NCBI GenBank assembly: GCA_023515725.1
Contig: JALDTO010000288.1
Span: 1 to 64,000, forward strand
DNA: 64,000 nucleotides
Source: Amoeboaphelidium protococcarum X5
Lineage: Eukaryota; Fungi; Aphelidiomycota
Direction: 5' to 3'
Shown here: one piece after another, positions 27,720 through 38,321 of the stretch
Position numbering within the stretch: position 1 is the first letter of the stretch
How the letters are laid out: every line of letters begins with the position of its first letter
Program-made: the position numbers and the translations under genes
Notes under the pieces: generated by a model
Told to the model about the DNA's origin: nothing
What the model saw: the letters and a program-made list of their open reading frames with translations, nothing else
Database searches by the model: none

Positions 27720-28874
27720 CGAATAAAGTCTATTCGCTCATGATTTCAATATTAATACTCGCGTTACGTCTCCTCTGCTTTAAGCTAGGAGGCGCTTTGT
27801 CATCTTCATGTCAGTCGCCTACTGCGACTTTATGACACTCTGGTGCAGCAGACAAGAGCAATTCAAACGCATCTTTGTTCAGGTCACAATTTTCGAGCTT
27901 CAACTCATTGATAAAGAAGTGGACAAAGGGAGCATGGAGACGACCAACTCAATAACAGCAGTACTTCAGGCCTTTGAGCTTAGATTTAGCACTTTAAAGT
28001 AGCTATGACGCGCAACTGCCGAAAGATCCCCTCAATTTACATGAGCGAATACTTTTTACCAACAAAAGCAGTCAGACAATCGATTGCTGTCAAACTTTGT
28101 TTTTATTGATACTGCCCAAGTCACGTCTAAATTTTTTATGCAAATTCAACGGACATTCTCCGTCCGTCGAATTTGATAGTTTCCATGGTTGGACTATGCT
28201 ACTTAATCAGATTTTAATATCTCTGTCCATCGAATTTATCCACCATCAGATCGCCAGACAGTAATATATTGCGAAAACTCTCTCAGGGTCTGAAGGCTTT
28301 ATTAAGGTTTATCGCCAATACTCTCGCCGACATCACATCCACGAATTCTTCAAAATCCTACTCCTTCTCACCCATAATCAACGACATTGGCTTTACCTGG
28401 GATGGTAGCATGACTGGTACAGTTTCAAACAAGTCTCGATATGCGTTTATGAGGATTGCTGAAGTGCTCCACCTTGGACACTCACTGAACCGAGTAATAA
28501 ATCACCTTTACCGACGCCTTCGAGAAAAGGCAACAACTCCAATTCATGCAGGTAATATCTGAAGCCGTCAGCGATGTTGATCCTCAGGTCAATGAGTGTT
28601 GCGCCACTTCGGATCAATCTAGTTTAGGTTGACCGCCTAGCCTCGCTGATCGCTCGCCGATCCGCAGATCACCTCTTTACTTTTGACAGTGACGCGACTT
28701 AGTTTTAGAATGTTGATCATCTCTATCCAGTCTTTTCCAACTTTAGTTCAAAAGTTTAAATACTCTTTAGTTACATACGATTAATGTCATGTTCTGCTTC
28801 AACATCACGAACACTCTTCGTAATCCATACGCATTATTGAAACTCATATCGAGTCAATGATCAGCCATTTTCAT
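27720..28874 (-). pseudogene. Possible degraded gene remnant
   Basis: Protein-like minus-strand stretches (RDLFETVPVMLPSQVKPMSLIMGEKEQDFEEFVDVMSARVLAINLN; FINELKLENCDLNKDAFELLLSAPEC) broken by several TGA stops and frame changes. No family recognised. Confidence 0.25.
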
Positions 28875-29009
28875 ATTGTTAAAAATAAAAGGGAAATTAT
28901 AAAATGCTTAGAAATGGAAATGTATTTATTATTCAAGCTTTAAAAATACACCAGAGAGCGAAGCATGAGGTAATAGTTGACACAGGACTGCGCGTCATTC
29001 AACAGTCAT

Positions 29010-29960
29010 TCAGAAGAAGAGAACTGCGTAGAGAGCAATGGACGCCAATGCACTCATTGATAGCTTATATGAATCTGCTGCAGCACTAAATGTATCCTAG
29101 GCAGTAAGCACTAGTGGAGCATTAGAAGGAGTAGGACCAGATGGTGATGATGATGCAGATGAACCTTTTTTATCAGCGGCTGCAGATGGCGATGGTCCAC
29201 CAGGACTTCCTGCATTACCATTGACAGAGGATCCGGTACCAGCAGTTGATGGTGCAGGCTCACTAGACATTTATCCCATAGTGTTCTATTACAACTGTTA
29301 CTGTTGATTTTATGGCTAAACTGCTTATTGCTACAACTGACCCTATCCAGATGCATGAGGGGCTAATGGAGCAGTTGACGGCTGTCCACTAGATTGAGGA
29401 GGTGATGATGTGAGTTGGAATTTAACATCATTTTATTACGCGTTCTGCTCTTGAGTTGGCTGCTATTTCTGTTACTAAGGCTAAGATTGAGGAGGAGGAG
29501 GAGAAGGCTAACCTTTAGGAGATGGCGGAGTAGGTGAAGGGAGTGGTGCAGGAGCTTTTGCCTAATCTTGGGATGCTTATGAGGCAACAACTGGCTTTAC
29601 GTTACCAGATTATTCACTTCCAGTTGTTGGAGAAGACTTTTCCACATGCACATTTTCAGCAGCAGGAGGAGGAGAAGGCGATGTGGACGCGATATTAACT
29701 GCCGCTGGTGGAGGAGGAGCAGGTGCTTAGACTGGCGCCATAGAAGGGGATGTTGCAGCCTGAGGAGACACGCCTTCAACTTTCGCCGATTACTAAGAAG
29801 CTCCCGCCGCGGCTGGCTATATTGCAGCCTGTGTGATATTATCGCTGTGTGTGGATGAAGCATTCTGACCAGCAGTAGGATTCACTATTTGAGAGTGCAC
29901 CGATGATGTTGATACCAATAGCAGCATTACGCTCAGAGATTTTGTTCCTAGAATCATCAT
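29010..29960 (-). CDS. GPI-anchored Pro/Ser/Gln/Ala-rich surface protein (316 aa)
   Basis: Signal peptide MMILGTKSLSVMLLLVSTSSVHS; low-complexity SPPPP/QP body; GPI-type tail FSAAADSYKLSMSALASIALYAVLFF. Confidence 0.75.
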
Positions 29961-30658
29961 TTTTTAGTCTAGTTATTATATATAAATGTATAGAGAGTAT
30001 AATTAATTCAGTAGTTACTATTTCGATAAATTGAATTGATTAAATACGATCAGAGAAGTAAAAAGAAAAAGGTAACGTCACGATGTATGTCCAAGAGGTT
30101 AAAATACGATTCCAATTGGACATTGATCATGGTGTGATTGGCCAACTCGTTACGTGTAACAATCTTATTGGCAACCAACACGTGAGATCACACCTCAAAT
30201 CTGAACATCCCATGATTTTAGTCACCAGATTTTATGCTACTGTCGTCATACATACTATAGAAGCATGTCTAATGTATGTGAATTGTTTTAGAGCCATAGC
30301 GGTCACATTTGAAAGTAGCATTGAAATTGATCAGCTACGCGCTTTGTTGCAGCTGATAATTGACGATCTTGGCACTAACGCGTTGTGAGTAATTAAAGGG
30401 AATTACTGTGATATATAAAATCTGCTACCACTAATCCGAATATGGGCCGTTGATAGTACTATATTATATCCTAATTCTACAATTAATCTAATTTCATTAA
30501 ATCCAATGTGAATACATCATTGACCGCTTCTTTACCGTACTCTGAGCCAAAACTCCCGTAGAGATTCTGAAAACGAATCAAATTGTGATTTCCCGATTTC
30601 TTAATCTTTTCTCGTTAGCAGTCAATTATAACATCTAAAAATATATTTAATATACAAT

Positions 30659-31447
30659 ATGCCTCAGAACGATTATATTGACGAGCACGTTAAAAAGTAC
30701 GGCAAGCGTCTCGACCATGAAGAGAGGTAGAGAAAGAAGGAGGCGAGGTAGCCTCATATACTGGCCAAGAAGGCTCAGTCTGTGCACGGATTCAAGGCTA
30801 AATTGTTGAACAAGCAGAGACGCGTAGAGAAGATCCAGATGAAGAAGACCATCAAGATGCATCAAGAGTCCACTGTGAAGAAGAATACTGACCAGAAGGT
30901 TGGCGAAGGTGCTATTCCGCCGTATCTCATGGACAGATAGATCCAGGAACGCGCCAAGATCCTCTCCAACTCCATCAAACAGAAGCGATAGGAGAAGGCT
31001 GCCAAGTGGGCTGTGCCAATCCCCAAGGTGCATGCGGTGGATGATGCCGAGATGTTCCGCGTCATCAAGTCTGGTAAGAAGAAGGGCGGATCCAAGGCGT
31101 GGAAGAGAATGGTCACCAAGCATTGTTTTGTCGGTGATGGATTTACGCGAAAGCCGCCAAAGTATGAGCGCTTCATCCGACCTATGGCTCTGCGTGTCAA
31201 GAAGGCCAATGTGACCCATCCAGAGTTGAAGGCTTCGTTCCAGTTGAATATCATCGGAGTGAAGAAGAATCCTTCTAGTCCGCTGTACACTCAACTCGGC
31301 GTCATTACTAAAGGTACCATCATTGAGGTAAATGTCAGTGAGCTCGGCCTAGTGACGCAGAGTGGTAAAGTAGTATTTGGTAAATATGCTCAAGTCACCA
31401 ATAATCCGGAGAATGATGGCACCATCAACGCTGTACTTTTGGTATGA
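30659..31447 (+). CDS. NSA2: Ribosome biogenesis protein Nsa2
   Basis: [23 protein letters not shown]...[32 protein letters not shown]...[20 protein letters not shown]. Confidence 0.97.
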
Positions 31448-31516
31448 GATTAAAGTAAATATAAACTTTCAGAATATTCTTTGAACTTTTACTTTAATCA
31501 GAACATTGTCATTTGT

Positions 31517-32323
31517 TCATTGTGCCTGCTTTGTGGCAGTCCAATCAGCTGGAATCTTTACCCCAATCGCCTCCAGTTGAGGATCTAGATACTTGTGCTT
31601 ATATCCATCTGGAGCCTCTTGCTTGTACAAATGGCTCATATGAATCTTTCTATTGTGCAGCAACTCATGATAAGTCAACCCAAATGGTCTTTTATGACGA
31701 TTGTCAATCTGGACGTGTTTAATCAACATTCCCACCAGAGCGCCGTACACACCAAACATAAACATTCGATTAGGATCTCTCAGATAGACGCCCATAGATA
31801 CACCTGTGGCCATACCACCGAGAGCGCCATTAAAGTATCCGTCTTCACCGACCCATTTGGCCACGGAACAGCTAGTGAGTGAGTAGATGGCAGCGAATCC
31901 ACCCATAAAGATAGCAGGCACCTTCAGATAGGCAACTTCTCTCATCAGCGACTTTCCAGTCATCACCAATGAGGAAGTGTACAATCTCTACTAAGTCTAT
32001 TGCGGTGACGGCCACGAGAATATGGATGACTAAATGGCTCCATATCCAACTCCAACGTACAGAGGCCACTTGATGTCATTCCACAGATCGCCAACACAGT
32101 CCATGTTCTCCGCTCTACTCACTGATTCCAAGTGTTCCTCAGCCTCACTCTCATCCCTCATTGGATTATTGTAATATGATTTCTTGGACTCTGGATTAAC
32201 GAGCAGAGTCTCCACCTTTGACTTTTGATGTGGTGGAGGCACAAAGTCGCTGTCATACTTGCTCCTAATCAGAGAATCTTCCGGATTTCTCCAAGGATGT
32301 CCCGTCTAACTAAACCACTTCAT
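31517..32323 (-). CDS. Tim17/Tim22/Tim23 family membrane protein (possibly NDUFA11-like)
   Basis: FMGGFAAIYSLTSCSVAKWVGEDGYFNGALGGMATGVSMG is a PRAT-like GxxxG segment; the track ORFs 32030-32242 and 31517-31984 join through TAG codons. Confidence 0.7.
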
Positions 32324-32606
32324 TTCCAAAGACTTTGTTCTCTAATACTTTTTATTATCAGTACAAATGCTCACTCTTTCAAGCGTTGATATAGGAGAGC
32401 TTAATCGTCCTGACTCGATTGATGACTGAGAAAGGAAAGTTTCTGCGCGGCCCTTTCGCTGAAGAAAGTTCAAAGCGTTCAGTCACTGAATAAAACAATT
32501 GTTCATATAAAGACAGAAATGAGTAAAAAACGCCAATTTCAGTCATAAAAGTGGCAGTAAAGCACATCGAAATCAGAGACCAACACTATTTTACATTCAG
32601 GATGGA

Positions 32607-33932
32607 TCATGATTACAGGGAGTCCTCCATTTCGTCTTTTTCCATCTTGTCCAACTCTGCGTCAAGGTTATCATTGGAACCATCAACTTGTCCATACAGG
32701 TCGGGCGGTATCTCCTACATTTGGACTGATGGCGCAGAGCCAATGAGTCGCATGTGTTCACTTATCTACCTGGTCAACAGCTCTAGATATTATCGCGTAT
32801 TCTAGTTGGGGATATCGCGCACTTACTGATTCGCATGAAGTGTAGACGTGCTATACTAAGTGCCAGTAGTTGTCAGCGTTGGATGCAGAGTGTAATCAGG
32901 TTCAAAGAATTCATAATATTCCATGTAAGGAAGTTCGTTCGGCAGATCGACGCCAAGTAGAACACTAGTCTCATAAGCCCAACATCTACTTACATTTCTT
33001 ATAGTATATCCACCACCACCCAAGACAAGCAGCGGAATACCAAGCGTCTTACAGAATGCAACACAAGCTCCATGGCCACGGATAGAGAGATTAAAGCATC
33101 CCAGTCGATCACACGCCAAAGAGTCTGCTCCACACTGCAATACAATCACAGACGGTTGATAATTACGCACCACATTCTGAATAACATTCTTGAACATATT
33201 AATATACTAATCATCAGTGACTCCGTCCTTGAGAGGTACATTCACCGTATAATATCTACCTCTGTCGTGACCCAGTTCAAAGAAGGACCCAGTCATTGGA
33301 AAGAAGTAATCTCCATACTTGTGGAATGACACGCACATGACTCTGTCTGTAGTGTAGAATGCCTCAGCGACACCATCTCCATAATGGACATCAATATCGA
33401 TGTATAACACCCTGGGATGATGCCGAAGCAATTCCAGAATGGCAAGCACAATGTCATTGACATAACAGAATCCACTAGCCTCAAATTTCTTGCCATGATG
33501 CAAACCGCCCGACCAATTTATTGCAATATCAGTCTGACCATTAATTAATTTACGTGCACCATCCAGCGATGCCCCAGAGTACATTTTACAAAAGTCATAC
33601 ATGCCATCAAACACGGGACAGTCATCGCCTACATTGAACTGTGCCAGGTACTCTGTAAAATCCTATACATTATCAGGCGTCACTCTAGACAAGAAATCCA
33701 CATAGTCCTCTGAATGGAATTGGACGAGTTCAGATCTCAAAGCGGGCCGGGCCTTGTAGCAGTTCATCTTCTTATGCATTCCATAAGCCTAAATCAATGA
33801 GTGTGTGAGAGTTAATCTATGCGGCTTCATCGGATGGTGAGGACCATAATGGAAAAGCCCGACTCTGGCATCATAAAAGTAGGACACTTTAGGCTTACTA
33901 TGAGCCGCCACCCGCTAATTTCCTATATTCAT
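32607..33932 (-). CDS. Class I histone deacetylase (Hos2/HDAC3-type)
   Basis: [77 protein letters not shown]. Confidence 0.93.
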
Positions 33933-34134
33933 AACTATTGCCGACAATTATTTGGGGAAGAATGATGATGACGATGATGAAGGCAACACAACGTTTGAAA
34001 GAACACGAAAAGAACCGCTCGCTCTGAACGACGGCTCTATTCACTGTAGTGGAATCTCCTCACTTTTGTTCAAGTTGAAGGAAAACGCGTCAAATTACCA
34101 CAATTCAAAAATCAGATAGAGTGGACTTGGCATA

Positions 34135-34522
34135 ATGGTGGCTAAAAGTAATATAAACTTCTATTTAAAAACATTTTATGTAAATGATAATGATATAACT
34201 GGCTTATTAATACATGTGTGTAGAGCATAAGAGTAAAAGGCAATCTGCCGGAATGAAGTATAAAATCTAAAAGAAGGTGCGCGATCATCACAAGAAGTTG
34301 AAGAAAGATGCCAAGAAGAAGCCATAGATTAGACGAAAGCCTAAATAGATTGGTATTCCAAATAGTCTCCCGTTTAAAGATGCCATTCTGAGGTAAGTAG
34401 AGGAGGCCAAGTAGGAGAAATAGTAAGAGCGCGATGCTCAGCGTAAAGCATCTCAGGAGCGAAAGCAATTGAAGAAGTCTGCTGTCAAGGCTAATGTTGA
34501 TGCCCTAGTTGAGGATATATGA
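34135..34522 (+). CDS. Stand-alone GNL3/Grn1/Nug1 N-terminal basic domain (~103 aa; exons 34135-34147 and 34224-34522)
   Basis: Spliced product MVAKKHKSKRQSAGMKYKIQKKVRDHHKKLKKDAKKK...GIPNSLPFKDAILRQVEEAK; TGA at 34520-34522 precedes any GTPase motif. Confidence 0.7.
34148..34223 (+). other. Spliceosomal intron, 76 nt
   Basis: GTAATA...TGTAG, AT-rich; removal gives the family-like MVAKKHKSKR start. Confidence 0.65.
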
Positions 34523-34725
34523 ACTACTGTGTTTTTTATATATTTTATCGCGTTACGCTGCCATTGTTTATGATATTTCTTACTATTGAAATGCGCTTAT
34601 CATTTTAAAGTCATTTATCACCGTTTCATTAACCGCGTCTCTTTTCATCAGCTACCGTAACGTTGTTTTCTATTGTACTTTAATTCCCTTGTGTATTTCA
34701 GTCATCCGATACATTGCTATTTGAG

Positions 34726-35373
34726 ATGAACTCTGAAGTGGATAATTTCATTCTCAATTTGGGAAATATCGATTTTCAACTGTCATCTTCTAATAAGTTG
34801 AGCCATGCTGAAAATCGAGATTAGAGACTGACGCAAGATTAAAAATATGCGGAAGATACTCTTAATTACCGTGCTGCGATTGCGTCCGATGGTAACACTG
34901 TAGAGAAGGGGCCTAAAAACTTGGACATTTTTGTTTAAAAACAAATGTTCAATAGAACGACCACAGTACATGCAGACTTGGGTACACAATAAGCGAAAAG
35001 AGTATACTCGCGTAAATTACCACCATTAAATCCTCCAAAATAGATCAAAGGCAAGCGGGCATTCATTCGATATGACTGGGAGGAGGAGTATGTGGAACAT
35101 CATTTACTTCGCCGGATGAAACAGGAGCGGTCGTCAGCGCGCGTCGTTTCAATGATGGAGAATGAGTATGTTCAGCCTCGATCATCAGTAGTGGCTTCAC
35201 GTTAACACGTACAAAAGTCTAAACAAGTCATTTATTAAAATGTGGAGAATTCGGAGAACTCGGCTACGGTGTAAAATATGTAATTTTAGTCGACTCGACA
35301 AGACAGTAGCTGTTTTAATGCAAGATAGCCGCTACGGTCTCCTGAAGACGCGCTCTAGTTTCTGTTGATGTGA
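34726..35373 (+). CDS. Hypothetical protein (215 aa)
   Basis: ATG34726-TGA35373 is open under code 6 and flanked by AT-rich spacers; no family recognised. Confidence 0.5.
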
Positions 35374-35501
35374 TACGTGTTGTGAGATTAATCTGTTAAT
35401 GTGACAATCTGTTGTAAAAGATTTAATGCTATCAACTAATTTAAACGTAAAGATGTATTTCAATATTGTATTTAAACTATTCTATCATGAATCATTCTCA
35501 A

Positions 35502-36053
35502 TCAAAGCAAAACCATTAGAAGAAGCATGCATGACATCAGAATACTGGCTCCGTATAATGCACTGCTTGCAGCTCCGGACGTATCTCTCTATTCAACCCA
35601 GAAGGCGTGCATATACATACGGTTGTCTGCTTCAGTATAAACACCGATACCATCCATATCAGACCATGACACCTGAGATAGACTAAAGCTTAGCACCTGT
35701 CCATTGTAAGAAGCCAATCTAGAGTTAACAATTCTAGGGAATAACGTGACACCATTTGGACCAGCCTCTTCAGCTGTCGGCTGCCCCTTAGGAATACCGT
35801 ACCAGTACGTATTCTGACCTGCTGGGACAATGGTCAAATTTGACACTTGGAAGGTACAACCATCAATAACTTTGATTGTACCACCCAGCTTTCTGTCAAC
35901 ACCATCTCTACTGAATCTACTAGCAGGGTATAGAGTGAAAGTCTGATTTACCAGATACTAATCTGCCTTGTCACAGGGCTTCTATGCTGAAACAACAGCG
36001 CCAGCGACTACTATTGCACCAACGACGAAGGAGTTTAACACGTTATATTTCAT
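35502..36053 (-). CDS. GPI-anchored DM13-like domain protein (183 aa)
   Basis: Signal peptide. LGGTIKVIDGCTFQVSNLTIVPAGQNTYWYG...YNGQVLSFSL.QVSWSDMDGIGVY resembles DM13. GPI-type tail SGAASSALYGASILMSCMLLLMVLL. Confidence 0.65.
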
Positions 36054-36907
36054 TGAGTTTACGATGATATATAATAACAATAATTAAATGGTATTGTATT
36101 TTCTATTTGATAAGATAAAACAAAAAGATACTCTATATTTTCAGCTTTATAGTCAGTCCATGTAATGATCACGCCTAAAATAGCATCAACAGTTGCTATT
36201 TATAGAGCTGGAGATCTATCTATCTTTTGTACCTGTTTTTAGGGATTATCTAAATCAACTATAAAATTTCTAATTTCGCTGATAAAGCTCTTTGTGATTT
36301 TAAAGAAGAGATAAATTTCTGATATAGTGCTATTCTGGGTTGGGCAAGAACCACTCGACTGGCTAAAATTTCAGAGACACTGTACTAGCTACTATTAGGA
36401 GTTGTCTTGACTTTGATGGTGTAATCTTTGCACCTATTAGTTTTGGTGCATCTCTCAATCTTTATTGCAGTTTGTCGTAATATTCTGTAGCTAATTGATA
36501 ATGACGATGCAATGTCTTTGTTACGTGCCTGTCTCCAGGCCCATGTGATGTTGACAATTTGGTCTCGTATTATAACATAACATTCCCTGTAGCCTATGAA
36601 AAATCACAGTATTTTATATAGTTGAAAATATAGAGCGTTCTGATAGTTAATTGGCGCAATAATGCCTTATCTATTAAATTGATATATCAGAACGAAATAC
36701 TCGGTCATATGCTCTAACTACATCTCCATCCCCTTATCACGCACTGCCGAGCCAATCAAACCTCGCAGATTGCATGAAAAAGCATGATCCGGGGATGGTT
36801 GATATGCTCAGCGGTTTTGTGAAGTATGTTCTCTTTTGCATATCGAATACTAATATTATTTAATAGAAATATATCTAGACTGCTTACTGCAAAAGAATTT
36901 TTAAAAA

Positions 36908-38029
36908 ATGCTATTTAAACAATTAATCTTGTCTCTGGTTATCTCTGTGTCGCTGGTACAAGCTGCAATGATCCCTGCTAATCCTAGCAATATTCTGGTA
37001 TAGAATCAAGCTTACGGTAAAGACTGTCCCATGGTAGTCATATTGCATCCATCTTATGTCGCTACTTTTAATGGCCAGCCTGATCCTGTTACTGCTGCCA
37101 AGAGTGAAGCTCTTACCGTCCTTAATGCCGCAAGCATGAATTTCTAGAGCACTTTCAATATTGGCACCCCCGTGATGGATATTCGCGTACTTGACGCGTC
37201 TTCTGATGCTGGAGCCAATATCTACCAGAATTATAACGATGTCCATTACATGCTGCAAGCTCTTGGAGATGGTATTAGAACAAAGTCCTAAACCCCGATG
37301 TTTCGTAATCTCATGGCAAAATAATCTCCCAGCACCTCCAATGCTTGTGGTGTTGTTATGATCACACATATCGACTTTTCTGGTACTCTGGGTCTTGCTT
37401 ATGGCGACTACTCTGATCAGGGCGTAAATGGTGGTGTATGTGACGCGAATGGTTATAATGCTGCCGTTGTGACAACAAATTAGCGCGGTGTAAAAGTTGA
37501 TTATGATACCTTTGTATAGACTGTCACTCATGAATGTGGTCACATGTTTGGAAGCGCGCACGACTCGCAGAATGTCTAATGGCCTAGAGGACCCGGTAAT
37601 CTCCCTCAATGTACTCCGCTAGATGGAAACCCGTACTTGATGGATCCTGTGATTTAGAAGGGCGCAAGGCAGCATTAATTTAGCGAGTGTTCGCAGTGGT
37701 CTATTGTTGTTAAGTTAAATGGTGGTGCCAATCGATGTTTCGTCGACAGAGGTCAAGTCAGTCAGGTATAAGCTCCAACTGCTCCGCCACCTGCACCATA
37801 ATAATAATCTTAACCGCTTGTGGTTCTTGGCGCACCAACTGCATCGACTAATCAAATCACTTCTTCTGAAGTTCCGTCAATTCTAACATCTGCACCAGCA
37901 CCATCATCATCATAGTCCTCCTAATAATAAAGTGATGGTGCAAATCAGACTCCCGCGCAACAACAGTCGTAGTAGTAATAGACTTAAGATTCGATGATAA
38001 TATTGTCTGCTCCAACACCTGGTTAGTGA
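36908..38029 (+). CDS. Secreted M12B/reprolysin (ADAM-like) zinc metalloprotease with Pro/Gln/Ser tail (373 aa)
   Basis: Signal peptide MLFKQLILSLVISVSLVQA; THIDFSGTLGLAY...GGVC; HECGHMFGSAHD (37529-37564); Met-turn YLMDP; FSECS. Confidence 0.85.
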
Positions 38030-38321
38030 ATTGAATTTTGCTGAATTAATAAAAATAGAAATACATTAAAGACCATGTCATCTTTATTCAGAGCTCTATG
38101 GTGATGAGGTTTACCTATTTCACTGGTATATTCCTCCAACGGTGTGGCGCGCGATGTTTCACTTTTATGTCGCGTCGCCTTTTCCTCTCGCGTTCGCTCC
38201 CTGACTTGCTTTGATTTCTTCTTATACAGTACCTGCTTGCGTTGTGATTCAAGTTTGCAGAGAACTAGGGATCATTATAATATTGACCATAGCAACTACC
38301 TAACTGAATTAAGTTCCGAAA

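Noticed and set aside
30083-30388. 101-aa plus-strand ORF between the GPI gene and NSA2
   Set aside because: No recognisable motif, and it overlaps a promoter-like region with CCAAT/CACGTG boxes.
30647-31294. Long antisense or alternate-frame ORFs in the track (also 36923-37609, 38735-39328, 42833-43324, 59547-60227)
   Set aside because: They are shadows of NSA2, M12B, PYC, the GPI protein and ACSL, with no independent motifs.
36100-36880. Gene in the DM13-M12B spacer
   Set aside because: The frames examined are closed by TGA within short distances and show no motif.
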